From positions 248,001 through 312,000 of the forward strand of contig CAJNYD010000056.1 in the NCBI GenBank assembly GCA_905331295.1: DNA of 64,000 bases, given 5' to 3'. Positions 25,067-38,500 of the stretch are shown here, one piece after another. Origin of the DNA: Rotaria socialis (lineage: Eukaryota). The position numbers and the translations under genes are program-made. How positions within the stretch are numbered: position 1 is the first letter of the stretch; every line of letters starts with the position of its first letter. A model generated the notes under the pieces. That model saw only the letters and a list, made by a program, of their open reading frames with translations. It was not told where the DNA came from and did not search any database.

Positions 25067-26530
25067 ATGCGTATCTACTTTCAAGCTATTTCATGTAACG
25101 CTCTGCCGTTGCTGTTGCTCGTCTTCTTTGTAAATATTTATATTACAAAAGCAACAACATCGGTATTTTCGTTTAATGATTATACTGACAATTATGCTAG
25201 ACAAGCTGAAGAATGTAAGAATAGAGTTTAATGTAGAAAATGACAAATAAAAAAAGATTCTAACATTCTAATAGATATCGTAACTTCAAAACCAATCGAT
25301 GGAATTAAACGTTCGAATGTATGCGGTGATGGCCATCGTATTGACGGCGCTGTCCTTAAATCATATCCATATTCTAAACATGACACGTATCTACCTTATG
25401 AAAACTGCTTAATGACATTTCAGGTTTGATCGAAAAGATGAATTTGAAAATTAAATATTTAAATTCCAGGCTCGGCGACCAAACAATCACATTCGTATAC
25501 ATATCGTGGCACTAGATCTCAATGATATTCATGGTGGTACCGATTGTTTAGATTCACTTCGCTTTTATAAATCATTTCATGTAGCACGACAAGAGAAACT
25601 TGTGCGTTAAAGAATCTGTCCTTTTTTTGCTTCTGTTATTAAATTACGATTTTGTTTTGTTTTGTTAGGACTCGATTGAATGCGGACAAATCAACGAGGC
25701 AGAAAAATTCAATATGGTTTCGCCTACAGGCATTGTTACTGTTCATTTCAGGTTCGTAGGGGAAAGTGATAATTGAATTATTTCTTTTTTTTTTATTCTA
25801 CCAACGAAATTTTATTAGTACCGACGGTGGAAATGTGAATGGACTCGGATTTAAAGTAATTCTTACTACTTTTCGTCCTCGTAAGTAATTTTCAATAATG
25901 AGAATTCAACGAAATATTCTCATATTCTGTTTCGTTAGCGAACAAAACACATCCATGTGATCAATATGATGATGAATTTCTTTGTGGCAATGGCGATTGC
26001 ATTAGTAATACACTGTTATGTGATGGTAAACTAATTTGCTTTGTTTTTTGTTGTGTTATTTGTTCGTTTTTCTTCTTCTAGGTGTTGCTCATTGTTTAGA
26101 TGGGTCAGACGAAACACCAAATGAATCATGTGTTTCCAATGTGGATGGATCAAAACTCAATCGTAATATCGATACAAAACGTCGTGCTTTGATAGCTAAA
26201 CATCATCACTGGCGTGGAATATTAATCATTGCTTTTCTACTTATTATATTTATTGTATTTGTACTTTTTTTCGTATATTTTATTTGTCGTCATTGTGTTG
26301 ATCCATCGATTCCGTTAACTAATGAAAATACTGATCGTCGAAGAAAAAACTATAAAACTATTGTTCATACACGTAAGCGAGTATCATTCGAATTTGTAGT
26401 CCAAATTGAATGTAATCTGCTTTTCTTTTGTTTAGCTTTAAATGGACCAAAACAGTCACCATCGACTCAAATCATTAAACAGAATGACAAAAATCGAAAA
26501 TATCTCGATGATGATTACAATCTGATCTAA
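25067..26530 (+). CDS. CUB + LDLa single-pass membrane protein (NETO/LDLRAD2-like); about 8 exons
   Basis: Signal peptide; CUB domain (CGDG..YLPYENCLMTFQ..LDLND..DCLDSLRFY..CG..SPTGIVTVHFSTDG..GLGFKVILT); LDLa domain (CDQYDDEFLCGNGDCISNTLLCDG|VAHCLDGSDE..C); TM GILIIAFLLIIFIVFVLFFVYFIC. Confidence 0.85.
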
Positions 26531-26786
26531 ATATAGTCTCGTTTATTGTGATTATTCTTGTTTGTAATTTGTGCCACTGTACTACATAGTATCACTCGAT
26601 TATTTTTTTGTGTCTTCTCTCTTTTTTTTCTGTTCTAAATTGACAAAAGTGATATTCGACATTCATTTATATCAACGTATTACAAATAGAATTTATGTTT
26701 ATTTAAAATAAAATTACAGTAACAAACGAACAAAAAAAATCATCAAATCATAAAATAAATAAGAATCATCAAATTGTTTTAGTTGT

Positions 26787-29700
26787 CTATTCCTAGGAAA
26801 GCAAAGATTTAAATAGAAATAAAGTTTAGAACTAAATTTTACTTTATCGAAAAGTCTTCGGCCGAGAAATTCGGCAATAACACCAAATTTATCTTGTTGA
26901 CCATCCAACTCGCGGTGAAATGTTTCATGAATATCTTTGCCAACACGTTGATTATTGATCAAGTCGAGCCATTTACTAAAATAATATGGCAATTCGATGT
27001 CATTTGGCTGTAAAATAGCAGCACATAGAGTTTGATTTATTATGCGTATCGAAACAACAAGGAACCGACTAATAGAATCAAATTATGACACGTTAATTAT
27101 AAACGCTTGCTAGGCGTTCGAAAACAAGTCAGTAATTCCGTTCTTTTTATAAACTTGAATTAAACAAGATTATACATCTTTTTAAACAACTTGAGAACCT
27201 TAGTAGAGTCTTCTTGCTCATGCGCATCAGTTGCTACAGCAAGAAACTCATGCGCTATGGACAAATCGTGAGATCTGCACAGGTCATGAGCACGAAATAA
27301 AAATTTCGTCTAGGGTATATTTTACGATATATGTTCAATACTGATGAGAGCACCTATTAGCAGCGAGTACATTCCCTGTAGCCGACAGCACAAGGATTCA
27401 GACATAGATTCAAAACAGGATAAGCTTTACGATCAGCGATAAAGGATAATATTAAAAAGACTTAAAATGTACAGAAAGATATCGATACAGAAAAAGGTTA
27501 TCAACTGAAACAAACAAAAAACCGTGATGAATGATAGGTCAATACGCTTTTGTACTGATAGATAATGGCTATCATTGTCTTCTATACAATGCTTGGTTTG
27601 AGAAAAGAAAGCTGACACACTCGTGACAGTACAGAAAACATAATAATCAGCCAATCGGAAAGTCCAACCAGCTATTCTTGCCTTTTTCAAAACGTAAATT
27701 CTACTATAGTGAATTGTTCATGCAGCTAAAGACAGCGTGATATATCATTACTAATCAGAAATTTATATGGTTTTATTCTATTTTTAGATATTTACCGATT
27801 ATCACCGGAGCATAAAGGGCATTCATAAGTAATTTCTGTTGATAATGTTGATTCCACAGTAGCTGCACAACTAAATAATCAGAAATTCGATAGAATCAGG
27901 CGATGATATTTATGCGAAACATACTGTTCATGAAATGAATGTTCACAAAAAAAGTGTATACATGGAATGTCTAAATCCATTTTACATGCGCTACATTTTG
28001 GATCTTGGCAAAGAATTGGACTGGAATAAATTGAGATAAAAGAAAAATTATGTATTCAATAAATTTTATATATAAAATTTAACAAACTCAGTTTCAAGGG
28101 CTTTAATTTTCTTCGCAATTTCTCCATTTTCTTGACGAAATCGACGAATTTCTGATTGATCTTTTTCTATTTGCTTTTGTTCAGTACGAAGTTTTCGAAT
28201 GAGATAATCCTAATACATAGAAGAAGAAGAAGAAGAAGAAGAAATAACCCATCACTGTTAAATCAAAATCAAAAACACACATACTTTAAGTAGATCAAGA
28301 TTAGTTGATTCGTTATTACTCAATGTTTGAATAACAAGTAATGGTGAGAGAAGATCATTCTTATCGATATCTATGAAAATACAACAAGAATATTATATAA
28401 GATCTGAAGAAAATTAACTAGATCTGTTAATGATTCAAATTCCTTTTCTAGCTATTTTATGTCTATTAAAATTTTTAACTCACATGCCAATATCTGTTGA
28501 ATTTCCTTTTGGCAACCATCAGAACTTTTTAGTTTTGAAAAATAACTCAATGCTTGAATCCATAATTGTGGATCATCATCGCCATATTTTTGGCAAGTAG
28601 CAACGATTTCATCACTTTCTTTATTATCCATTTGATATTGCAAAATTTGTTGGTATCTAATCAATTGAAAATATTCTTATTTTAATAATTATTAGCCAAT
28701 AGTCTCTTACAATTTCGCTCGATCATATAGAGAAATAATGCCAGCTTTAAAATTATACTTTTGACATGCAACCATTGCACGTGTTACATCAATATCAATC
28801 TAAATATAAGCAAATAGAACTAGTACTATTCGAAAATGTTATATAATTATTAAATGGATGAATTTGGAAATTCAGTTAATTAAGAAATAAATGTGGAAAC
28901 TTCGGATTTCATCCGAGAGTTATGTGTACTGCAAAAAGTACATGGGACATATGAGCCATTCTAGAATGTCTGAACACCAAAATTATCATGAGAAACTAGG
29001 CAATTTTATTTCTGGATACAGTTTTTGTGCATTTTGAGACGTTTTTCAGGCGATGTTTCGTTAGAAAGCTATGATTTAGTTCAAAACTAATATCAGATTC
29101 AGAATCAGCGTTAAAAAATTGAGTCGATTTATATATGTTGTGGATAATTCTGAGAAAAAAGTTCTTTTTGAAAAATCCCTGTACTGCCCCTCAGGGATGG
29201 TCTGATCAAAAATGACAATTTTTTCGATAACTCAGCCATTTCTTGACGGATCCTTCTCATCTTCAAGCTCGACCTAGATATTGATGAGACAATTCTGTGC
29301 ACAAAATTTCAGCTCCATCGAATGTAATTGTGAAGAGTTATCGAATAAATGAACGGCCGGACACAGTGACCGATGTTAGTAGTGTACTCACTCTTTGAGT
29401 ACACAAAACAGTGAAAAATGTGAATAGATGGATATCTTCAAAGTGAAAAAATGAGAAGTTCAGAAGTTACACAGATGAATTCTTCCATTGTCAACATCTC
29501 TACATTTTTTCTTACAGCTTCTAAAAAGGCTAACTTTTATTTATTATATATCACGACCATATCCTCTTTGTGTAAGAGAAACTTCATTAGAAAAGCAACA
29601 GTTTGGTCAAATAAAGGATCTCAAATGAATTTCAATAGTTAACACAGTAAACAACTTCCCAAATATTTTCTCATAATTCAGCAGTGCGATATAATACAAT

Positions 29701-32700
29701 GCGCTAATTATTGGTCATTGAAAGCTACCTTTCTTTTCATTGTCTTTTTATTAAAAATCCGCTGTCAATTATATCCCTCGTTGAATAAGTAATCATTATA
29801 ACTCTATCGTTTTGCCGTCTAGTAATAGAAAATTTAAACGAGTCAATGAATAAAAGGACCCAAAACATCCTGCCGTGATTATTTGAAGGCCTTCATATTA
29901 TTCTTATTTGATTAGAGGAAAAACCCTTTTGTGTTCATTAAACGTTTTCAAAATTACCTTTGAATCTTGAAGCAATACTAAAATCTTATTACTTGTACGA
30001 TCCTTCTCTTTTTTATCGTCGATTTTACTATATTTTTGTAAAAGTAACTCTAAAATTGTATCATGAACAGTTGTAGAAAGATGTTCCCTTGGATATTGCT
30101 AGACACACGAAAAAAAAAAGATGGCATAAAAATCGGTACCAAAGAAAATAACAACAGATATTACTTTAACAGCATATTCCAAATAATCTAATAGTTCGCC
30201 AGGATTATTCATAAATAGATTAATCAATGATTCAGGTAATTGCTCTTGTTCAATCTGTTGTGGCGTTGGATTGAGTTGCTTCAATAATTGTGTTGTCTTT
30301 TCTGGTTTTTCTTTAATAAGAGTTTTGCCATAATTTCGAAATGCTTGTAAACCATCATCGAATTTCAACGTTTGAATATAATTTAAAGCTTCATTATAAT
30401 CTTTTCGGTTTTCGATTTGAATTTTAATATGCTTATCATGACGATGATATTTAGCTGAAAGTGCTAATGCTTCTTCGAAATAATCTTTAGAGAATTAAAC
30501 AAAAACTAAAGATCAATAGAGAAATCTTCAGAAGAAAATACAGACTTGCTTGTCGACAAACATCGATGGCTATATCAACATCAAAACTCATTTCAATATC
30601 AGATGTTTTATCTAAACCAATAAATTTCGTAAGACGATAGATACGATCAGGATGTTTCGTATAGCAATTAAGCAATAATGTTGTATGATCGGTGTTAGCT
30701 AATTTTTCTCGATGTAATTCTTCTAAATATCGAGTTAAATGATCTATATGTTGAGAATCAAGAAACTAGAGAAAAAATATTTTTCATTAATAGATATTGA
30801 ATGTATTAGATTTTAAAAAGTTATATTATTCACTTTTTTAATAACATAAGATGGTTCTAAATATCCGATTGTTTTACAATATTGATCAGTCGCTGATTCA
30901 TATTCATTTTTTCTATAATGATAATAAAACAAAATCAATATTTCATGGTTAAAACAATTAAGATTTATTTAAAATACATAGAATAACTGCGATATTATGA
31001 GAGCCAGAAAATGACAAACAAGGGGAAAAGGCGGATTTGGGATTTTCAAAATCCAAAAATCCAAACCGCGAATGATGGAATTTCCATCTGAATTTTTTTT
31101 TCGCATCTAGGTCTCATGATCCTTAGAATATTCTAAAATTTTCAGCGCAAACACATGTTTCCTTCTCAAGATAATGAATGCGCAAGAAATGCTCATTTTT
31201 CACGGCACGGTCAGAAAATCCAGTTTTTTTGAAAATTCGATATTTTAAGAAGAAACCATTTGTTCGAGTTGAAACTTTTAGGATCTTCTATGGGCCATGA
31301 AACCTATATATATATGGGGAGAATTTCAGGTCGAAACTACGTCATTAACTGGAGAGGGGAAATGATGCTTTGCAATTTAGGGATTTTTCGGATTTAAAAT
31401 CCCAAAAAGTCTACAGTTCCCTCCTTGATAACAAATCTTTTTATTATCGAACTATCGACAACACTTTTTGTGGCTGCTTTGAATTATAGTGAATATTTTA
31501 CTAATACTAAAGTATGAAACGTAAAAGTTTCGTTTTGACAGTCACATGCAAAAAAATGTTATGCTAGAATCTCCATGTAAATTGTTTTCTAACATATAAT
31601 TAATAGTTTTAGAAATTTTATCATCATTTCAGTTTTATTTTTATAAGGGGCGATAAATATTAATCTTTAACGATAGTACGCATTCAACTGATACTATTCG
31701 TTTATGCTTGTATTTCGTCATAAGAAAGAAATTCTAAGATTAGATCAAGCCAAAAAGAATTTTATTGAAACAAGCACATTGTTTTTAAAGTTAAATATCG
31801 AATGTTTAATGTTATTTCTGAAGAAAATAATCGCATCATTAATTTCCTTTCAGCATGTTGTAACTCGAAATGGACCCATTCATGTCATCTGAATGTCTCA
31901 GAGAACATTAAAATATCTATGAGAGAAAGTCAATGTGAATCATTTAATTACTCTATAAATACTCTGTTAGATTGCCAAATTCTCCTGGTTCCAAATGGAA
32001 CAGAATCTATATGATATTAATTCTTGTACACTGACTGAGTCTTGTCTTAACAGAAATATATGAATTCGAATAGGAGCTATCGTTCTCGGACGTTCTCTCC
32101 TGTGATAGTTCACGAGAATTATTTCTTATTCAAAAATCGATCCATTGATTTAATAAAGCTTCACAAGAACAAAAGTCCTATACGCCTAGAAATGCTCATC
32201 ATTAACTTCCAATATCATTGAATTAGATTCATTTCTCTTCGTTATTACATTATCGTTAATGTTCATTGTGCTTATACAGAGAAGCTATAAATTATTTTGC
32301 TTACGCATAGAGATGATCACCATATTGTTTAAATATTTCTGCCATACCTTGTGCGCCAGTTCGATTCTTTTTTGCTAATCTAAACAGAAAGAAATTTAAA
32401 AAAAGCACATTCTTACGCCTATATCAATAGACGAACTGTAATGCTAATTGAAAGCAATTTTTTCTAAAAAGTAAATGTAATCTTGAATGTAAATCTTTTT
32501 CCATTAAACGGTGTAATTCTCCGTCACCAGTCAATATATGTATATAACCCCATTCGTTAATTACACATTGTATACGCGGAATACCAACAGAATAAGCTGT
32601 TAATTGAGCATTTGTATCATAAACAGCTAATGTTTGTAATTCAGTTGTTGTTTGGCTAAATTATATATATATATATATAAAATAAAAACTAAAAAACTAT

Positions 32701-34762
32701 TTTACTTAGCTGTTAATTGTGATAAAATAGTTGATTGTGGTTTGACTGTAGTTGCTGATCCAGCTCGTGTAAATGATGATGATGATGGTGCAATTGAAGA
32801 TTGTTTTCGATCTTCTTTTGTGATTATTATTAAGTAGTTAAACCACCAATATATAGCTGATTTTTCATTTTCAATACCTAAACCAAGCCGTTTATCATCG
32901 CCAACATATGAAAAAACTCCTGTTGAATTTGCAATAACGAATTGCTGTTCACCATCTTTGTCGGACTGCGCTAAAACAGCACATCCTGGCCTACAACCAA
33001 TATCTGTTTCAAGAACTACGTCACTGAATTGTGCTATTGGTTGTTGATGTGATAAATGGAATGGCCGTCGATCACGTATAGTTGATGTTAAGGTAGATGA
33101 CATGGAAGCAACAACTGGAGCTGCTTGAATAAGACGAAAAGAAAGAACATCTGAAGTAGTTGTCGCATAAAGGATCAAGTCATTCTTTGGTTTTCCTCCT
33201 TCAGCAAATACTAAATTTGTAATGAACAGTTTTGCTTGGTAGAATGGTGGCGTAAACTTGTATCGTCTATAGAACAAAACGCAAGCATATTTAGTTTGTT
33301 TTCGTATAGTAAAATAATTTCGAATGTTCATCATGTCTAACTTGACATAGAACATCATAGATTTTTATCAAACGCAAAATAAATCGACTGATGAAGAAAT
33401 CCGTGCCAAATCAATTAGAGTCATATTTATGTCTCTGTTCAATTCTTGATTTATATTTGAAAGCTCAGAAATAATCGTGTGATCACCAAATTCATTCTGA
33501 TGAATATTTTGATATACGAAAGTCTATAAAATGAATATTTGCACCAGTCTCAAACGACATCCAGCTTATAATATTTTGTCACGCATATCTCTATTGAATG
33601 TTGTGAGCGCTTTTTCGATCGATAACAATAACTTCGAAAGGTAGACAATGTTTCCTCTCAACTCTATAGGAGAAATCGACTGTAGCTTTACATACGGATT
33701 GTTTCGCTAATTCTAACAATCGATAACATTTGTATTCATGTAAACAGAATCCAATCCTCTATCAAATATATCTCTGCGAGGTTTAAGTCTTACGAATGAC
33801 TTACTCTCTATTAATTTCATTAGTTAGCAACTGAATTTTATTGAGCCTGACAACATAGGCTGCATCTTTTACAATTAGGACAACAACATTTTTAATATCG
33901 TAACATGAGTTATATGGATATGGTTTTGAACAGTTGACTTTTTCTTTTAGTTCCTAGTAGCTACATACTTTTCCTTAATTAAATCATTTGATGTAAAAAA
34001 ATAAATCGCTCCATTTTCACAGCCCAATGCTATATGTCTGTCAGTAATAGCCACAGCACATATCTAACAAAAGATAAAATCGTTTAGAATGAAAAAATAT
34101 GTAAATAATTCGACCTACTTTTGAATTAGGATGATCATTTGCTGGTATTGATATAATTTTAGCTGGTTCAGTATTTTCTTTTTCTATCAGTGCCTATATG
34201 AAAACAAAATATTTGTTTTTTAAATTTCTACTAACAAAACGAAACCTACTCTATCTGTTTTCCAAAGTTTAATTGTTTGCTTTGCTTCACTTTCATCCAT
34301 CTTAAATTTAGAATAGATTTCTCTTAATAGTTGATTTTCATGCGTAACAAATATCTTCTTACCCCAATAGCTATAAGTGTATTGCCTAACGAATGTGCTA
34401 ATAATTGTAATGAGATATCGAATTTATGAATATGACCTATCTCATAATCACGATTAATAACCCATATGGAACCATCCCTACAGCCTAATATTAATTGACC
34501 ATCGCCAGCACCATTGGTACTAGTTGATGCAATTGCTTGTATATGCTTTAGAGAATATGAAATATATGTTCCAGGATACAGTAAGATTTTTATTTATTAC
34601 TTTTAGCTCTTCTAAAGGTGTACCATTTCTTCGTTTGACTACTTCTTTATCAAAAAAATTAAATCGACGCCACTGAAATAAATGAATACAGAAAATTTTC
34701 GTTTTTTTTCTGTCATAGAACGTAATGATTTTCTTTTGTACCTGATGAATACCTAACGCCAT
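26787..34762 (-). CDS. VPS11: Vacuolar protein sorting 11 (HOPS/CORVET core subunit); about 20 exons
   Basis: N-terminal QWRRFNFFDKE; LMEKDLHSRLHLLFRKNCFQLA; IFKQYGDHLY; GYLEPSYVIKKFLDSQHIDHL; HTTLLLNCYTK; RING region CSACKMDLDIPCIHFFCEHSFHEQ; C-terminal KFGVIAEFLGRRLF. Confidence 0.95.
28921..29408 (+). mobile_element. Non-autonomous Helentron/DINE-like element in a VPS11 intron
   Basis: 5' tgtgtact with an inverted agtacaca at the 3' end; 3' stem-loop gtgtactc-actcttt-gagtacac followed by an A-run; an acggccggacac motif upstream; no TSD. This architecture resembles Helentron-associated elements. Confidence 0.5.
31019..31427. mobile_element. Foldback MITE, CAAGG-ended TIR family, 8-bp TSD (atgacaaa/ataacaaa)
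   Basis: Left end caaggggaaaaggcggatttgggatttt, right end aaaatcccaaaaagtctacagttccctccttg. Interior ~31080-31180 is an imperfect inverted copy of ~31235-31340. Confidence 0.75.
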
Positions 34763-35390
34763 TGTGTTTTAAAAAATTAATCTGAAAATAAAATAATATA
34801 AGCATCAGAATTGACTTGTTCGCATTGGAAAATATCAGTAAAGCGATTCATCATGTCTTATCAGTATTCAAATACACTTGTTTGAATTATCAGCTTCGAA
34901 TTTCAGTCAAACTAATTTCGCAATAGCATGTAAATCATTTGATAATCTAGTTTTTTTTTCTAATTTGACATAATACTTATTTCATTCGTTGCATTCTCGA
35001 TAAAACTCACTTAATGACTATGTGCAATACACAACAAATAATCTTTTTCAGTATGCCTCATATCTACAAACAAGAACATTTATTATTTCTCCTATTATGC
35101 GCCCCCATAAAAATAAAAAATACTAACTTTGTTTGTTTCGTTTTAGCTTCACAACAAACAAATACTGAGCACTTCTTTTTTCCTTTTCTGATAGGTTTAA
35201 CAATAAAGAAATCAAAAAAATAATAATAATAAATGATAAATATGTATCAATCCAGCATTTAAATAAAGAAAAGAAAAAAAAACTTACAATGCTTTGTGCT
35301 AATCTTAAAGAAAAAAACGCAACAAAGATGGAACGCAATTATATAAAAGCTTAAAACACATATTTATGATATGTACAAACAGAAGAGAGG

Positions 35391-35418
35391 GAAGAAAGAA
35401 AGAAAGAAAGAAAGAAAC
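35391..35418. repeat. (AAAG)n microsatellite
   Basis: gaagaaagaaagaaagaaagaaagaa. Confidence 0.8.
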
Positions 35419-35584
35419 GAACACAAAGTTGCTGCTGATAAACTCGAACACCCTGAGCATGAGATTAGAAACAAGCGAACCAACAGATTTGACATATAAT
35501 GAGAAAACTCGATAATATCACACATCACCGGCTGTCAAAACAAATTAACAAACACATGTATATAAATAAATATATCTATATAAA

Positions 35585-38500
35585 TCACACGTAATTTTCA
35601 CGACCTGTTGATAATTTCTTATGATTTATATGTTCAAATAATTTCGCTTTTTCACGTACTGACCATGATATATCAGACGATCGAAGTTGTTCATCATTAA
35701 TATCAAATGTTAATGGTTTAGTTGGTTGTGCTGTTGGTGTTGTAACACGTCGTTCAATAGATTGATAACGTGTTATATTTGTTGGAGGATGTTCATTTGA
35801 GTATAAACGATTTTGATTAGTTGGAATTGGTGTTGATTGCCGTGAGTGTCTTTCGCTGTGAAGTTCTTGCGCAATTGATTTATATCTCAAAGCATTTTGT
35901 CGATGACATGGACGACATCGTCCATTCGACGATAATAATATATCGTCAATTGGTTTCATTTGTATTGCTGTGCCAAGTTTAAATGGTCGACAATCGGAAT
36001 GATGAATAAATGTTCGATCGCGTTCTGATTTTGTTGATGCGTTTGTATTTGTTTGACTGTGATGTTCATTACGAGAGGTAGTATAGATTTGATTCGTAGT
36101 TGCTGCCAATGGGCCATTATGTCGAGAGCGACCGTCGGTTGTACTAGTTGGTTGTCGAGTATGACGATCGATGGATACACATGCTTGTAATGGTTGTGCA
36201 ATTGACAATGACGATGATGGTGAATCGACTTTTTTTGCTGTTGTGGCTATATTGAATGACGCTGAACGTGTTGCAGAGATGTTTGTATAGCGTTGATTAA
36301 TTGTACTTAATGATTCAGTTGTTAAATCTAAATCCTGTTGCTCAAGTTGTATTGATCTAAGATGAAGAGAAAAAATTGAAATAATAAATAACAAGAAGAT
36401 TTTCGTATTCGTTTCTATGTTATGTAAATATAGCTTTGTATTTTTTTCGTGTCTTAATGTAGCGTTCGTTAGATTTTTATTTATCCGAATGTCCATTTTC
36501 TTGTTTACCTACCGGTGTATTTCTTTACTTAAACTAATTACAATCTGTAAAAATAAAAATAAAAATAGAAAGTTTTCAAGTATTATTAATGTTTCATAGT
36601 TTTTTTTCTTGTGTAAAGGCTTGAGAAAGAAAAATGCCTCATCGTAGATTTTGATATAAAATATTCTATAAATATTTGAATTAGATGTAAAGTAACAGTC
36701 TGCCGTTAAAAGTGTGAGAATGCAATTGAAGACTCTCAAAATGTTCGACTAGATGAAACGGTTTATTTTCATAAGCTGACATATTCTACATCCTATTCTT
36801 TTCGTTAAGCGCCACCGAGATCACCTATATTGATTAATGTCAAGAAGAACTAATATCGAATATATATGGATTCATAGTAAATTTACCTAGTCGTCATAGA
36901 TTCTTCGTCACTATTTGTAGTTTTGGATTTCACTAATTTTGATCGTCGCTCATTGGTTAAATTTCTACTATTTGTTACTGGTGTCGAAGTTAATATTTGC
37001 TCATTTTTCTTCGTATTTATTGATGTTTTTCTTTTTATACTACTATTATTATTGTTATTAGTATTAGCGTTTAAAGTTTTATTTTGTTCATCATCATCAT
37101 CAGCTTCATCCGATCCATGGTGAAATTGTTTTAGTGATGATGCACGTTTAACATCATTGGCTGTTACACGTTTTGCTTCTTTTGTTAATTGTTGTTGATA
37201 TTTTTGATAGTATTCATTATTGCCCAGTGAAGAATGGCGTAGTATTGGTTTCGATCGTTTGATTTTTCCAATTGAAATATTATTTACTGTTGTTGTTGAT
37301 GAACGTACACTTGAATCTCCAATTGTACCATTGAATTCATCGTGGTCTGAATCATCCGTTGTATCATTAGTTAATTTGTCTCTTGCCATAAATTGTTTTG
37401 ATGGTTTATAGAGATTTTTCGAATTTCGATAACGCGATAAAGATAAAATGGCTGTTGGAATAATAATACTTGATAGAACAGTACCAGTACCACAAGCAAT
37501 TGAGGTTGTCCAATTCGGTGGAATTGCACGAATAGCAGATGTATGACGTCGAAAATGTTCACTTATTTCTGAGCTATCATCATTGAATGGTTGATCGGAT
37601 GTTGCTAAACCAGAGTCACGAGATCTATTAACAATAGGTACATGTGGCGATGACTCAACTTCATCAAGACTCTCAATTGATGATGCAGTTGGTCGAGCTT
37701 AAAAGATTAACGAAAAAAAAATGTGTTCATTTTCATACAGAAATAAGATATAAATCAAAAGCATTATCATACTTAGATTAGGTATGTGATGAACAATAAT
37801 ATGCTTATCGAGGATACATGTTGTAACATCAGAACCAAATAACGATGTACAATTAACAATTAAAACTTCAACTATAGATGACATAACATCCGCTTCTTGT
37901 TTTCCTGATGCTATTGTTGTTGATTCCGTTTTAAACAAACTGTTCGATACACACAAACCCAAATTAAATGCATTCATTCCATTTGTATCGCTATTTTGAG
38001 ATATACGATAAAGTATACAGATCAACCCTTTTAACAACAGATGATTGGATTCGGAAAGTGTACTAAGGATACTAGACAATTTAAAAAAAGTAATTCATAC
38101 GGTACGATCAATGAGTTTTTGTGTTCACATACTTTTTTCGTGCAAAGGAAATTTTTTCCTGTATTGTTGGTAGACGAAGACATTTTTTCCAATTATCATA
38201 TTGAATGGTGTTAAAAACAGGTTCAGGTAATGTTCGTAAAAAATGCTAAAAATACAAAAGCAGGATTTTTTTGTTAGAATGTCATGCAGGAATAAGTGCT
38301 AAGGAGAAAATTCTTTTTTTTAATGAAACGTTTCTTACTGTTGATTATTCTATAATGAAAAGCACTCCTTTTTCCATATAAAGATCGGTCAGATCTTTTT
38401 CAAAACTTACTTTAAATATTCCAGCAGCTAATATAGGATGTAAATCTTCATTGGGCAACAAAACATTTCGTTCGATTTTATCAATGGCATCTTTAACGGA

